Assembly: GCA_963811165.1 (NCBI GenBank)
Contig: CAWEQH010000010.1
Coordinates: 512,001-576,000 of the forward strand
Direction of reading: 5' to 3'
Source: an uncultured Nitrospiraceae bacterium
Lineage (GTDB): Bacteria; Nitrospirota; Thermodesulfovibrionia; Thermodesulfovibrionales; UBA6898
Length of the DNA stretch: 64,000 bases
The position numbers and the translations under genes are program-made. The notes under the pieces are model-generated. The model did not search any database and was not told the DNA's origin. It saw only the letters and a program-made list of their open reading frames with translations. Positions 17,937-27,805 of this stretch are shown one piece after another (the first letter of the stretch is position 1; the number at the start of each line of letters is the position of its first letter).

Positions 17937-18842
17937 CTACTCAAATAACGCCCGGACAAAGTCCTCCGGAACAAAATCCTGAAGATCGTCTATTCCCTCC
18001 CCTACACCGATAAGTTTTACCGGTATATTGAGCTCCTTTTTGATTGCAAATACGATCCCGCCCTTTGCCGTACCGTCAAGCTTCGTAAGCGCAATACCCG
18101 TTACGCCGATCGCGTCGTTGAACATCTGCGCCTGTCTCAGGGCGTTCTGTCCATTTGTGGCATCGACCACCAGGAGTACCTCATGTGGCGCCCCCCCCAT
18201 CGCCTTTCCGCATACCCTCCTGACCTTCTTCAATTCTTCCATGAGAGGGCTCTTTGTGTGAAGTCTACCCGCGGTATCTATTATCACCACATCGATACCG
18301 CGCGCCTTGGCCGCTTCAATAGCATCGAATATGACGGCCGAAGGATCGGACCCACTCTGGTGTTTCACCAACTGCACGCCGCTCCGCTCCGCCCAGATCT
18401 CAAGTTGCTCGATGGCTGCAGCCCTGAAGGTATCTCCGGCGGCCAACATTACCGTATGCCCCTGGTTGCGAAACCTGCTTGCAAGTTTACCGATAGTCGT
18501 TGTCTTTCCCACACCGTTCACACCGACGGCCAGAATAACAAACGGTTTTTCCCCGAACGCCACTAGCGGCTGGGGCCTGCCGAGCATGGAGATCATCTCT
18601 TTCTTCAAAAAATCCCTGACAGAGCTGGCATCTCTCAACTCGCCCCTATCGGCCTTTTCCTTCATATGCCTGACTATCTCAGCCGCATTGCTACCCCCCA
18701 CGTCCGACATGATAAGTGTCTCCTCGAGTTCCTCGAGCGTCTCCTCACCGACCACGCGTCCGCTAAATATAGTTTCTACCTTTTCTACAAAGCCTTTCTT
18801 GGTCTTACTTAACCCTTCTTTAAGCCTGTCGAAAAAACCCAT
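17937..18842 (-). CDS. ftsY: Signal recognition particle receptor FtsY
   Basis: GVNGVGKTTTIGKLA, DTFRAAA, DTAGRL, TKLDGTAKGG, IGVGE. Confidence 0.97.
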   Translation of the reverse strand: MGFFDRLKEGLSKTKKGFVEKVETIFSGRVVGEETLEELEETLIMSDVGGSNAAEIVRHMKEKADRGELRDASSVRDFLKKEMISMLGRPQPLVAFGEKPFVILAVGVNGVGKTTTIGKLASRFRNQGHTVMLAAGDTFRAAAIEQLEIWAERSGVQLVKHQSGSDPSAVIFDAIEAAKARGIDVVIIDTAGRLHTKSPLMEELKKVRRVCGKAMGGAPHEVLLVVDATNGQNALRQAQMFNDAIGVTGIALTKLDGTAKGGIVFAIKKELNIPVKLIGVGEGIDDLQDFVPEDFVRALFE

Positions 18843-18878
18843 TATCACACTCCCAGTTAATAGAAAGATGACGCCGAA

Positions 18879-19307
18879 CTAAAAATACTTTTTGCCTTCA
18901 AGGATGGCTTTCCCAACTATTTCATAGACGTCACCCTTGACCCTGCCTTCGAGTTTGATAGGATAACAGCTTCCGATACCTTCTTTCAAATCATAAACCG
19001 AATAGTTCACGCCGCACGCTCTGCATACGATACGGTCGCCGACAGGCCTGTATCCGCTTTTTTTCCGGTAACATTGCCCGCACGCATCGAAATAGGACTG
19101 GCACGAGCCGTCGAGCTTCACCACAAAGTAATTTATGCCGTTTTTTTCCGCACGGAAGGTATAGAAAACAGGCTTTTTTTCCGGCAATTCCCGTAACGGT
19201 ATCTTCACGACGATACCGTCGAACGGGGCCTCCGGATAAACAGGCATTTTTGAACAACAACAAAAAAAGAAAGCCAGAAGGCCCAATATCATGACTGCCT
19301 TGTTCAT
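18879..19307 (-). CDS. DUF2318-like membrane/periplasmic Fe-S protein
   Basis: Hydrophobic N-terminus; FDACGQC...GY....D.IVCRACG and GSCYPI motifs. Confidence 0.7.
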   Translation of the reverse strand: MNKAVMILGLLAFFFCCCSKMPVYPEAPFDGIVVKIPLRELPEKKPVFYTFRAEKNGINYFVVKLDGSCQSYFDACGQCYRKKSGYRPVGDRIVCRACGVNYSVYDLKEGIGSCYPIKLEGRVKGDVYEIVGKAILEGKKYF

Positions 19308-19377
19308 AAATGAATTGTAAAATCTGTGGCTCACATTTAGCAACCTTCACAATGTATATTTTTGGGTATAATACCCC

Positions 19378-20811
19378 ATGGAGAACTACTACCAGTTTCT
19401 CATCCCTCGCCTTAACGGCGGATCCATAGGGAAAGATTTCGCACACCACCTTTCACTTGTAAAAAAGGGCATAGCGGGTTTCATCATTTTCGGCGGCAGG
19501 CTTGAAGAGGTGCGCCGGTACGCGAGGAGACTTCAGGAGGAATCGGCACTTCCACTTATCATCGCGTCTGATCTGGAGCGCGGCCTCGGCCAGCAGATAA
19601 AGGGGGGGACGATGTTTCCGCCGGCCATGGCCCTTGCAAAGGCAGCGATAAAAAGCAGGGGGGAGAAGGGATACGACCTGCCCTTGCTCAGAAAGACATT
19701 CACCGCCTTCGCCGTTGAGGCCGCTTATGCCGGCATAAACACGATATTTGCCCCGGTGCTCGATATCAATACGAACCCGAAAAATCCGATCATCGCTACG
19801 AGGGCCTTCGGCGAGGACGAAAAGGCCGTTTCACTGCTTGGCTCAGAGATGATAAGAATATTCCAGAAAAATGGGATAGCAGCCTGTGGAAAGCATTTTC
19901 CCGGACACGGTGACACCGAAGTCGACTCCCACATAAGGCTTCCCGTAATACAGCGCGAATTGATACACCTGAAAAAAAATGAGTTGAGACCTTTCGAAAT
20001 GGCGATGAAAGCAGGCGTCAGGATGATCATGCTCGGGCATCTTTCCGTTCCGGCGTTGGACCCGTCGGGACTGCCCGTCTCTTTTTCAAAAAAGGCGGTA
20101 CGGTTCCTCAGGGAAGATATGCACTATGCCGGGATACTGACAACAGATGCGATGAACATGGGCGGAATCGGAAAGTATTCTGAAGAAGTAGCCTCCCTTA
20201 TGGCGCTTGAGGCGGGGGTGGATCTCGTACTTCATCCTTCGGACATAGAAAAAACAGTCTCCTTTATGCAGGCGAAGAGGAAGCCCATTGATGCAGGTCG
20301 GATCGCGCAATTTCGCAGCACTATCCCGCGCTTCCCGGTTGAGACAGGGCCTGATTTCGAAAAAAACAGGAAACTCTCCGATTTCCTGACGGCGAAAGCG
20401 ATTATGACGGTAGGCCAATTTCACCTCAGGGAAAAGCCCCTTCTCTTCATCCTTAACGATGAAGATGAAAAGAAAGGAGATGCGTTTGTGAGAAGCCTGA
20501 AGAAAGGCGTGAAGGGTATGAGAGTCCAAACCATGAGCCGTGCATCAAGACGAAGCACACTATCCCTTCCTGAAGATGTACCGGTCATCGTCGCGATATT
20601 TTCAGAGACAAAGGGCTGGAAGGGGGGCACCGGCGACTGGCTTTACCAGGCGCTTTCCCGGCTTAAAAAGAGGGCTGAACTTTTCATATCGTTCGGCAGT
20701 CCCTACCTGCTCGACGGGATCGAAGGCCCCGCAAAGATCTCGGCCTATTGGGATTCCGTATCCGCACAGGAAGCGGTCGCACGCATTGTGCTTAGGAGAT
20801 ACAGAAGCTGA
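19378..20811 (+). CDS. nagZ: Glycoside hydrolase family 3, beta-N-acetylhexosaminidase
   Basis: IASDLERG, APVLD, KHFPGHGDT..DSH motif, TDAMNM. Confidence 0.85.
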   Translation: MENYYQFLIPRLNGGSIGKDFAHHLSLVKKGIAGFIIFGGRLEEVRRYARRLQEESALPLIIASDLERGLGQQIKGGTMFPPAMALAKAAIKSRGEKGYDLPLLRKTFTAFAVEAAYAGINTIFAPVLDINTNPKNPIIATRAFGEDEKAVSLLGSEMIRIFQKNGIAACGKHFPGHGDTEVDSHIRLPVIQRELIHLKKNELRPFEMAMKAGVRMIMLGHLSVPALDPSGLPVSFSKKAVRFLREDMHYAGILTTDAMNMGGIGKYSEEVASLMALEAGVDLVLHPSDIEKTVSFMQAKRKPIDAGRIAQFRSTIPRFPVETGPDFEKNRKLSDFLTAKAIMTVGQFHLREKPLLFILNDEDEKKGDAFVRSLKKGVKGMRVQTMSRASRRSTLSLPEDVPVIVAIFSETKGWKGGTGDWLYQALSRLKKRAELFISFGSPYLLDGIEGPAKISAYWDSVSAQEAVARIVLRRYRS

Positions 20812-20876
20812 AAACCAAGCCCCGGGAATTTATGGGCCGTAATGCATTCGACGAAAAAATGGCTTATAATTTGATT

Positions 20877-21398
20877 ATGTTGCGGGGAAAAATGAACATT
20901 GTCCTGCTGCTGGGGATAATAAGCATCAGCTCCTGCGGCGGCCCGAGGTATCTCACTACAGTCAGCGCAACTCCAGGGGAGATAACAGGAACGTACGATC
21001 TGTTTCTTTACGGTCACCGGTATGCTGATGACTTCAAAAATATCGCCTTCCTTATTCCGCAGGGGGAAAGATATGTCTTTGAGCTCTACGCGGCCGAATT
21101 CGAATACACCCTAAAGAAGGGACTCCCTGCAAATGCCGCTATCGAGGAAGCCGAAAAGTTCGTCAAATTTCATTATTCATTCCAACGCTCGCAATTAAAC
21201 AAGATACTTGACTATAAGGGGAACGTGGTCGGCTATGAGTTGAGGCCGATATATTCGGCCCTTGACTTTTCTTACGCCGACGTTCTCGACGTGCATTACC
21301 TCATAAAGGGCGGCAAAGTGATCGCGTCGGTCGGCCTTAAGCCGCAGATCGAGGAAAGACCCATCGAGCCTTTTCTCTTCAGGCCGAAGGTAAAATGA
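20877..21398 (+). CDS. Hypothetical lipoprotein
   Basis: Hydrophobic stretch ending ISSC (lipobox-like); start uncertain (20832/20877/20892). Confidence 0.55.
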   Translation: MLRGKMNIVLLLGIISISSCGGPRYLTTVSATPGEITGTYDLFLYGHRYADDFKNIAFLIPQGERYVFELYAAEFEYTLKKGLPANAAIEEAEKFVKFHYSFQRSQLNKILDYKGNVVGYELRPIYSALDFSYADVLDVHYLIKGGKVIASVGLKPQIEERPIEPFLFRPKVK

Positions 21399-22360
21399 TG
21401 AAAGTGCTCGTTACCGGCGGGACTGGATTCATAGGGAGCGTCGTCGTGGACCTCCTTTTACAGGAGGGACACTCGGTGCGCCTGTTTTCGAGAAAGGACG
21501 AGATTCCTGAAAGGCTGAAAGGAAAAAGCGCAGAGATATTTCACGGCGACCTCAAAGACTTTCTTTCAGTGGTACGGGCCATGGAAGGAATGGACCTCTT
21601 CTTCCACATCGGCGAGATAAAAACCTTCAACGAGACCGCCTCCCTCAATAATGTGAAACTTATGGAACACATAATCGCCGGGATGCGGGAAAAAGAAGTA
21701 AAAAGACTTGTATTCATAAGTTCCATCACCGTCGCCGGGATCCCATCGGCCATCCCTGCCGGCGAGGAGACGGAACCGGACGTGGTGTTGGAAGACCATT
21801 ATACGTCGTATAAGCGGACCTGCGAAAAGCTTATCCTGAGTTCGCTCGCCGGCAGGCATGCGATAATCAGGCCTGCCCTGGTCTACGGTCCCGGGTCGAG
21901 GTATATGGGGAGATTCATAAACGCCGTTGATAAATTCGGCCCGTTCGGGTTCCCCTTTATAGGGAATGCAACGAATCTGGCCCCTCTCATTTACGTTAAG
22001 GACCTCGCAAAGGCGATATACCTTTCGGGCCTTCTACCCTCGGCCTCAGGGCAAGTATTTAACCTGACGGACGGCTTTCGTCACAGCTGGCTGGATTTCC
22101 TGACCTCGATAGCCGAACTCCTCGGCAGAAAATTGAGGATCATGTCGATCCCGCCGCTGCTTCTGAAGATTCCGGCCATACCTCTGGACATCCTTTCGGG
22201 GATGGTCGGCATTAAAATCGACCCGGTCCATTATGTGAACTATTTTTCTAAAGACCTCTTATTCGACAATTCAAAGGCAAGAGACCTTCTGCAGTGGAAT
22301 CCCGAATTTTCCCTCGCCGACGGCGTCAAAGAGATGATAAAGTTCTACCGTGCCACATGA
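21395..22360 (+). CDS. NAD-dependent epimerase/dehydratase family protein
   Basis: VLVTGGTGFIG, FISS, YxxxK (YTSYK), IRPALVYGPG, YVKDLA. Confidence 0.88.
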   Translation: MMKVLVTGGTGFIGSVVVDLLLQEGHSVRLFSRKDEIPERLKGKSAEIFHGDLKDFLSVVRAMEGMDLFFHIGEIKTFNETASLNNVKLMEHIIAGMREKEVKRLVFISSITVAGIPSAIPAGEETEPDVVLEDHYTSYKRTCEKLILSSLAGRHAIIRPALVYGPGSRYMGRFINAVDKFGPFGFPFIGNATNLAPLIYVKDLAKAIYLSGLLPSASGQVFNLTDGFRHSWLDFLTSIAELLGRKLRIMSIPPLLLKIPAIPLDILSGMVGIKIDPVHYVNYFSKDLLFDNSKARDLLQWNPEFSLADGVKEMIKFYRAT

Positions 22361-22496
22361 GGATCCAGTCCCGAGGACAATCGGTTTTTACGGAATATGC
22401 CGGCCCGGATAATAAGGGATTTTTTAAAGCATCCGGCTTTTGCAGGCTCGCCTGCAGCTACTTCTGCGGTAATAGTGTGATCGGACGTTTGCTCCA

Positions 22497-25451
22497 ATGA
22501 CCAATAGAATGAATACTCACCATGATCGGGAGAAAAGGATCAGAGAGGTCGGTCTCGAACTTTACCGTTTGGGAAGCAATGTCCCCTCGATCTTCGATAG
22601 AAGGAGATGGATGGGAAGGCTGATGGCCCATGCGATGAAAGACGAGGAGTTCAGGCTTAACCTCTTCAGATATATCGATGTGCTGCCCTCTCTGAAGACA
22701 GATATTCAAATCACAAATTTGTTGCAGGAATATTTTTCCGACATTGAAGGCGCACCGTTGATTATACGCAAAGGGGTCGAGCGCATCTCGCGGGGTTTTA
22801 TCCCCTTCGTCGCTGCCCGTCTGATAAAGGCGGGGGTAAAATCCCTGGCAAATCAGTTCATTGCAGGAGAGGGAAGCCGGGATGCGCCGAAAAAACTCGG
22901 GGCCCTCTGGGAGGACGGCTTCGCAAGCAGCGTCGACCTTCTGGGAGAGGCAGTACTCAGCGACAGGGAAGCAGAGGAATACACAGAAAAATATCTTCAG
23001 CTGATCGAATCTCTTGCCCTTGAGTCGGGGAAATGGCTGAAAGATGACATCTTGGAAAGAAATAATAAAGGCCCGATACCGAGGTTCGACATCTCTTTTA
23101 AGGTGTCATCCCTTTACTCTCAGCTCGATCCCATGGACTGGGACGGCTCTATTGAAAGAACAAAGAAAGGCCTCAGACAGATCGTCATCAGGTCCCGGGA
23201 CGCCGGAGCGTCTCTCTGCTTCGACATGGAGCAGTATTATTGCAAGGACCTGATTATAGAGATATTTAAGAGAATGCTCGATGAGTTTGAAGATTATCAT
23301 TATGCCGGGATAGCGCTCCAGGCTTATTTGAAAGAATCCCAAAAAGACCTTCTTGCCCTCGTAGAATGGGCAAAAAAAAGGAAGAGACGGATATCGGTGC
23401 GCCTGGTGAAAGGGGCTTACTGGGATTACGAGTTTGTCTCAAACACTCAGAGGGGATGGTCCGTTCCGGTGTTTGAAAGCAAGGAGGAGACGGACTTTAA
23501 CTTCGAGGAACTTACGAGGATACTTTTCGAGAACTCGGAATTCACGCGGCCCGCTATCGCAACTCATAACATAAGGAGTATTAGTCATGCAATAGCCGCG
23601 GCAGAGGCGTTGAATCTTCCGAAGAACGCCTTTGAGTTTCAGATGCTCTACGGCATGGGAGAACCACTGCGCAAAGAGCTAAGGAAAATGGGATACCGCG
23701 TGCGGGTCTACACGCCGGTCGGCGAACTCATCCCGGGCATGGCCTACCTTGTGAGAAGACTGCTTGAAAATACTTCTAATACATCTTTCCTGCGCGGATT
23801 CTTCGCCGAAAACAGGCCCTACGAGGAATTACTCAGACCTCCCGTTACGAAGCCTTCCGAGATCCTCAAGAAAACTTCTTTGGAATTCAGAAATGAGCCC
23901 GCTGTTGATTTCTCGAAGGCCGAAAACAGGGAAATGATGCATCGGGCATTGAAATCCACAAAAGCGGCCTTCGCTGCGAGATACCCTCTTTATATCGATG
24001 GAAAAGATGTTTTCAGGGAAAAAGAAATCCTCTCCATCAACCCGGCGGACCCCGATGAAGTCGTCGGCAGGGTCTCCTCCGCTGACTGTAATGACGCCGA
24101 GCAGGCTGTTGCGGCAGCCGGGAAGGCATGGGACTCCTGGAGAAACGTAGCGCCGACAGAGAGAGCGGATTTTCTCTTTAAGACGGCCATGGAGTTGAGG
24201 AAGCGCAGATTCGATCTTGCTGCCCTCGAGGTGTATGAGGCGGGAAAGACGTGGAAGGACGCCGACGGAGACGTTACTGAGGCCATCGATTACCTCGAAT
24301 ATTACGGCCGTGAGATGGTGCGTGTCGGCAGACCGGCACACCCTGGAAATTACCCTGGTGAGATCAACGACTATTACTATGCACCCAAGGGCATCTGCCT
24401 TGTCATATCGCCCTGGAATTTCCCTCTGGCTATCTCGGCCGGCATGGTCTCTGCGGCACTTGTCACCGGGAATTGCGCCATTTTCAAGCCCTCCAGTCTT
24501 GCCCCTGTTGTAGGGCGGAAGCTTGTAGAGGCGTTCAGAGGCGCAGGACTGCCGCCGGGCGTTCTTCAGTTTCTGCCCGGGCCGGGCACTGAAGTCGGGG
24601 AATACCTCGTTGCCCACCATGAAGTTGACGTTATCGCGTTCACAGGTTCAAAGGATGTGGGGCTGAGAATTATCAGACTTGCCTCCGACGTAAAGCCGGC
24701 ACAACGGAGTGTGAAAAAGGTGATAGCCGAGATGGGCGGAAAAAATGCGATCATCGTAGATGAGACGGCAGACCTCGATGAGGCGGTAAAAGGGGTTTTG
24801 GAGTCTGCGTTAGGGTATCAGGGCCAAAAATGCTCCGCGTGTTCCAGGGTCATTGTGGTAGGAGACATTTATGATGAATTCTGCCTAAGACTTAAGTCCG
24901 CGACAGAAAGCATCAGAATTGGCCCCCCCGAGGACCCGGGCTCCTCGATGGGGCCCGTGATCGATGAAAGCGCCCGGGACAAGATACAACAATATATCGA
25001 GGCGGGGAAAAAAAAGTCCAGGCTGCTTTTCTCCAAAGAAGCGGAAGGGAAAGGGAAAGGGTATTTTGTCGGGGCCGCGCTTTTCGAAAATGTCGATCCT
25101 TTATCGACCCTAGCGCAAGAGGAGATATTCGGGCCGGTAATCTCGATCATCAGGTCAGGCAGTATAGATGAGGCGATAGATATCGCAAACAGTACCGCCT
25201 ACGCACTCACGGGCGGCATCTTTTCCCGGAGTCCCGTAAATATCAGGGAGGTACGCAAGCGGTTTAGCGTGGGCAATCTCTATATCAACAGAAAGATAAC
25301 AGGCGCACTTGTAGGCAGACAACCCTTCGGAGGGTCGCGCATGTCCGGAGTCGGCTCAAAAGCCGGCGGTCCGGATTATCTCCTTCAATTCACAGACCCC
25401 AGGAGCATAAGCGAAAATACGATACGCAGAGGGTTTGCACCCCTCGCCTGA
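22497..25451 (+). CDS. putA: Bifunctional proline dehydrogenase / P5C dehydrogenase
   Basis: VRLVKGAYWD, IATHN, EFQMLYGM, YLVRRLLEN; ALDH half ISPWNFP, FTGS, EMGGKN, GQKCSA, EEIFGPV. Confidence 0.95.
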   Translation: MTNRMNTHHDREKRIREVGLELYRLGSNVPSIFDRRRWMGRLMAHAMKDEEFRLNLFRYIDVLPSLKTDIQITNLLQEYFSDIEGAPLIIRKGVERISRGFIPFVAARLIKAGVKSLANQFIAGEGSRDAPKKLGALWEDGFASSVDLLGEAVLSDREAEEYTEKYLQLIESLALESGKWLKDDILERNNKGPIPRFDISFKVSSLYSQLDPMDWDGSIERTKKGLRQIVIRSRDAGASLCFDMEQYYCKDLIIEIFKRMLDEFEDYHYAGIALQAYLKESQKDLLALVEWAKKRKRRISVRLVKGAYWDYEFVSNTQRGWSVPVFESKEETDFNFEELTRILFENSEFTRPAIATHNIRSISHAIAAAEALNLPKNAFEFQMLYGMGEPLRKELRKMGYRVRVYTPVGELIPGMAYLVRRLLENTSNTSFLRGFFAENRPYEELLRPPVTKPSEILKKTSLEFRNEPAVDFSKAENREMMHRALKSTKAAFAARYPLYIDGKDVFREKEILSINPADPDEVVGRVSSADCNDAEQAVAAAGKAWDSWRNVAPTERADFLFKTAMELRKRRFDLAALEVYEAGKTWKDADGDVTEAIDYLEYYGREMVRVGRPAHPGNYPGEINDYYYAPKGICLVISPWNFPLAISAGMVSAALVTGNCAIFKPSSLAPVVGRKLVEAFRGAGLPPGVLQFLPGPGTEVGEYLVAHHEVDVIAFTGSKDVGLRIIRLASDVKPAQRSVKKVIAEMGGKNAIIVDETADLDEAVKGVLESALGYQGQKCSACSRVIVVGDIYDEFCLRLKSATESIRIGPPEDPGSSMGPVIDESARDKIQQYIEAGKKKSRLLFSKEAEGKGKGYFVGAALFENVDPLSTLAQEEIFGPVISIIRSGSIDEAIDIANSTAYALTGGIFSRSPVNIREVRKRFSVGNLYINRKITGALVGRQPFGGSRMSGVGSKAGGPDYLLQFTDPRSISENTIRRGFAPLA

Positions 25452-25472
25452 AAATGCCCTGCAGGTATTGCT

Positions 25473-25922
25473 TCATTTCATCTTCTTTGCCAGAAAGCTG
25501 TCTACCGACCACCTGCCCCCGCCCTTAATCATGAGAGCGAAAGTTATTGCTATTACGAGTATATGATATTCGAAGCCCTCGCCGGACTGTTTGCCGAACC
25601 AGTTCATAAAAAAGCCATTTTTGTAATGGATCATCGCCACCGCTACGACCATGTTACAGGTAATGCCGAAGGCGGCTATCCTGGTAAGAAATCCCGTTAT
25701 CAGTCCGACCGCCCCGGCCGATTCAGCCATAATTGCCAGAAAGGCAAAAAGCGTCGGGATTCCCATCTTCACCGTAAAGCCCTCCATTGTAGCGCTGAAT
25801 CCCATGCCGCCAAACCAGCCAAAGACCTTTTGCATTCCATGCGGAAAAAATACAATCCCCAATAGCACCCTTAGGATAAGAAGCGCAGTATCGTCCTCGG
25901 TTGCGATCACTTTTTCTAGCAT
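25473..25922 (-). CDS. DoxX family membrane protein
   Basis: LRVLLG..FFPHG.QK.FGWFGG, G.LTRIAA, GFEYH, GGG.WSVD. Confidence 0.9.
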   Translation of the reverse strand: MLEKVIATEDDTALLILRVLLGIVFFPHGMQKVFGWFGGMGFSATMEGFTVKMGIPTLFAFLAIMAESAGAVGLITGFLTRIAAFGITCNMVVAVAMIHYKNGFFMNWFGKQSGEGFEYHILVIAITFALMIKGGGRWSVDSFLAKKMK

Positions 25923-26201
25923 AAACACCTCCTGTTCGTTCAGGTTAGTTACAGTATATCAACTATTATCTGTTGCGCCATCCGTCTTCCCGGATTCATC
26001 TTGATCTCGACAAGTATATGCGCTGTCCACACTTGCATGTTTAAGTAGTAAGCAAAATTATAATTGCAATTTCACGTTGACAACGGGGGCTGGATCTTTT
26101 TAACTTATCTTAAATTTATCTGAAGTCAAGGCCTCTGCACTTCTTCAAAGGGAAGGGAACCCGGGCCTTTCAAGGTTAACTTTATTATAAAAACTAGGAA
26201 T

Positions 26202-26660
26202 ATGACACAATCAAGATTCTTTCAGTTATCTCTATTGTTTCCCTTTGTTTTATGGTGTCTCTGTTTGCTCGCTTTCTCGGTTATGTACAAGGAAGGCGCT
26301 GATTTTATCCTGAAGAATTTATTTAATGCATGCCGGGTCTTTGTTCCTTATCTTGTTTTCACGGCGGTACTATGGAAACTTGCGAGTGAAAAGCCTTACA
26401 GGCTGTTAATCCTCATGGCGTCGGTCGTGCCGATTGTCTGGGGGATTTTTTTTACCCTTTTCTACATGCTGATGTCATATATAGTGGCACGCACCATAGA
26501 GCCATGGTATGTCCTTTGTATGATGGCTTTTTGGGCGATGGTTGTTGCCTACCTTGCCGAGACTATTCCCTTCCTTATTCTCACTATATTCAAGGACGAT
26601 TTCAGATCGGCTGAGGGGAAACAGATTGAGAGCACTCGAAGATTTCCCCTTTCTTCTTGA
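26202..26660 (+). CDS. Hypothetical integral membrane protein
   Basis: About four hydrophobic segments; no recognised motif. Confidence 0.55.
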   Translation: MTQSRFFQLSLLFPFVLWCLCLLAFSVMYKEGADFILKNLFNACRVFVPYLVFTAVLWKLASEKPYRLLILMASVVPIVWGIFFTLFYMLMSYIVARTIEPWYVLCMMAFWAMVVAYLAETIPFLILTIFKDDFRSAEGKQIESTRRFPLSS

Positions 26661-26854
26661 CGGAGAGGGCGGGCAGAAAGAGGCCGTCGGATATGAAGCA
26701 AGTTGGGCGGGAATCTTCCGGACGTTTTAACCCGCTTACGCGGAATTGAGAATTCCCCGGGAGTCTGGTTATTTCACCATGTTTCTCCTGGTTAAACCTT
26801 CGACGACAAGAAGACGCCCCCGATGAGGCCCATGAGGTGCCTCCACAGGAACTT

Positions 26855-27214
26855 TTATATATATTGAATGGAAACTTCGTAAATGATGTCGGAATGGTCG
26901 GAGGACGGACTATTACTTTGACAACTGAGTTCTCCCTTTGCCGCCTCTTTATGGTTTCCCACCATCGTGCTGACAACCTGGGTCAGATCGAATCCACCAT
27001 CTCCGCATCCCTTGCTAAGACAGTCTACCTTGAAGAAGGCATAGCTGCCGGGCGAGTAATTCAAGGTCCGCTGTAATGCCTTTTTTATCCCTTTTTGGTT
27101 ATAAATCATGCTGATAACGATGCCGGCCACATCCGGAAACTGAGCGGACACGGTTCCGGCATCGAGTCTCTGCTGTGTCCTTTCCACTCTTATCGGATTT
27201 CTTCTATAATTCAT
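26855..27214 (-). CDS. Hypothetical protein with C-x4-C...C pattern
   Basis: 119 aa ORF with AGGAGG RBS downstream of the cold-shock gene. Confidence 0.65.
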   Translation of the reverse strand: MNYRRNPIRVERTQQRLDAGTVSAQFPDVAGIVISMIYNQKGIKKALQRTLNYSPGSYAFFKVDCLSKGCGDGGFDLTQVVSTMVGNHKEAAKGELSCQSNSPSSDHSDIIYEVSIQYI

Positions 27215-27228
27215 GCCCCTCCTGAATG

Positions 27229-27260
27229 AAAAAGGCCCACTCCCGAAGGAGTGGGCCTTT
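27229..27260 (-). terminator. Rho-independent terminator of the cold-shock gene
   Basis: Minus strand AAAGGCCCACTCC-TTCG-GGAGTGGGCCTTT-TT, perfect 13-bp stem with UUCG loop. Confidence 0.85.
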
Positions 27261-27269
27261 CCCGGTTAA

Positions 27270-27470
27270 TTACAGTTTTACCACATTGATCGCCTTGGGA
27301 CCTTTCGGACCTTTTTCAGTATCAAAGCTCACTCTGTCACCCTCGGCAAGACTCTTAAAGCCATTGCCCTGGATGGATGTGTGGTGAACAAAAGCTTCAC
27401 TTCCGTCTTCATTTGTAATAAAGCCAAAACCTTTGCTGTCGTTAAACCATTTCACTGTTCCTTGTGCCAT
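27270..27470 (-). CDS. Cold-shock protein (CspA family)
   Basis: [15 protein letters not shown] (RNP1), FVHH (RNP2), GPKAINV. Confidence 0.97.
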   Translation of the reverse strand: MAQGTVKWFNDSKGFGFITNEDGSEAFVHHTSIQGNGFKSLAEGDRVSFDTEKGPKGPKAINVVKL

Positions 27471-27587
27471 TTCTTTTACCTCCTTTTTGTAAACTCAAAT
27501 CTCAGAAGGCCCCCAAGAAAAAGCGGCCACAAAGTCAAAAGTCTTTGTAGCCGCTGTCAACGCAAAAACTTCTAAAATTCTGGATTT

Positions 27588-27616
27588 AGGATAACACGTT
27601 CATCGCCGTTAGTCAA
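27588..27616 (-). promoter_or_regulatory. Putative sigma70 promoter of the cold-shock gene
   Basis: Minus strand TTGACT-N17-TATCCT with extended -10 TG. Confidence 0.6.
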
Positions 27617-27805
27617 GGAGATAATAGAACTAAGGCACTCTATCAACTCATCCGCATTAGCGCTTCGCTGTATAGATTCCCCTCTTGAGATCAGTAATAA
27701 ACGCCTTGCATATAATTTCTTACACTCCCCGTATATTCGCCGTTCAGCTGATATCTGAAGCCCTTATTTCGTATAATAGCTTCCGAAATATTTAGGAAGG
27801 CGCCA

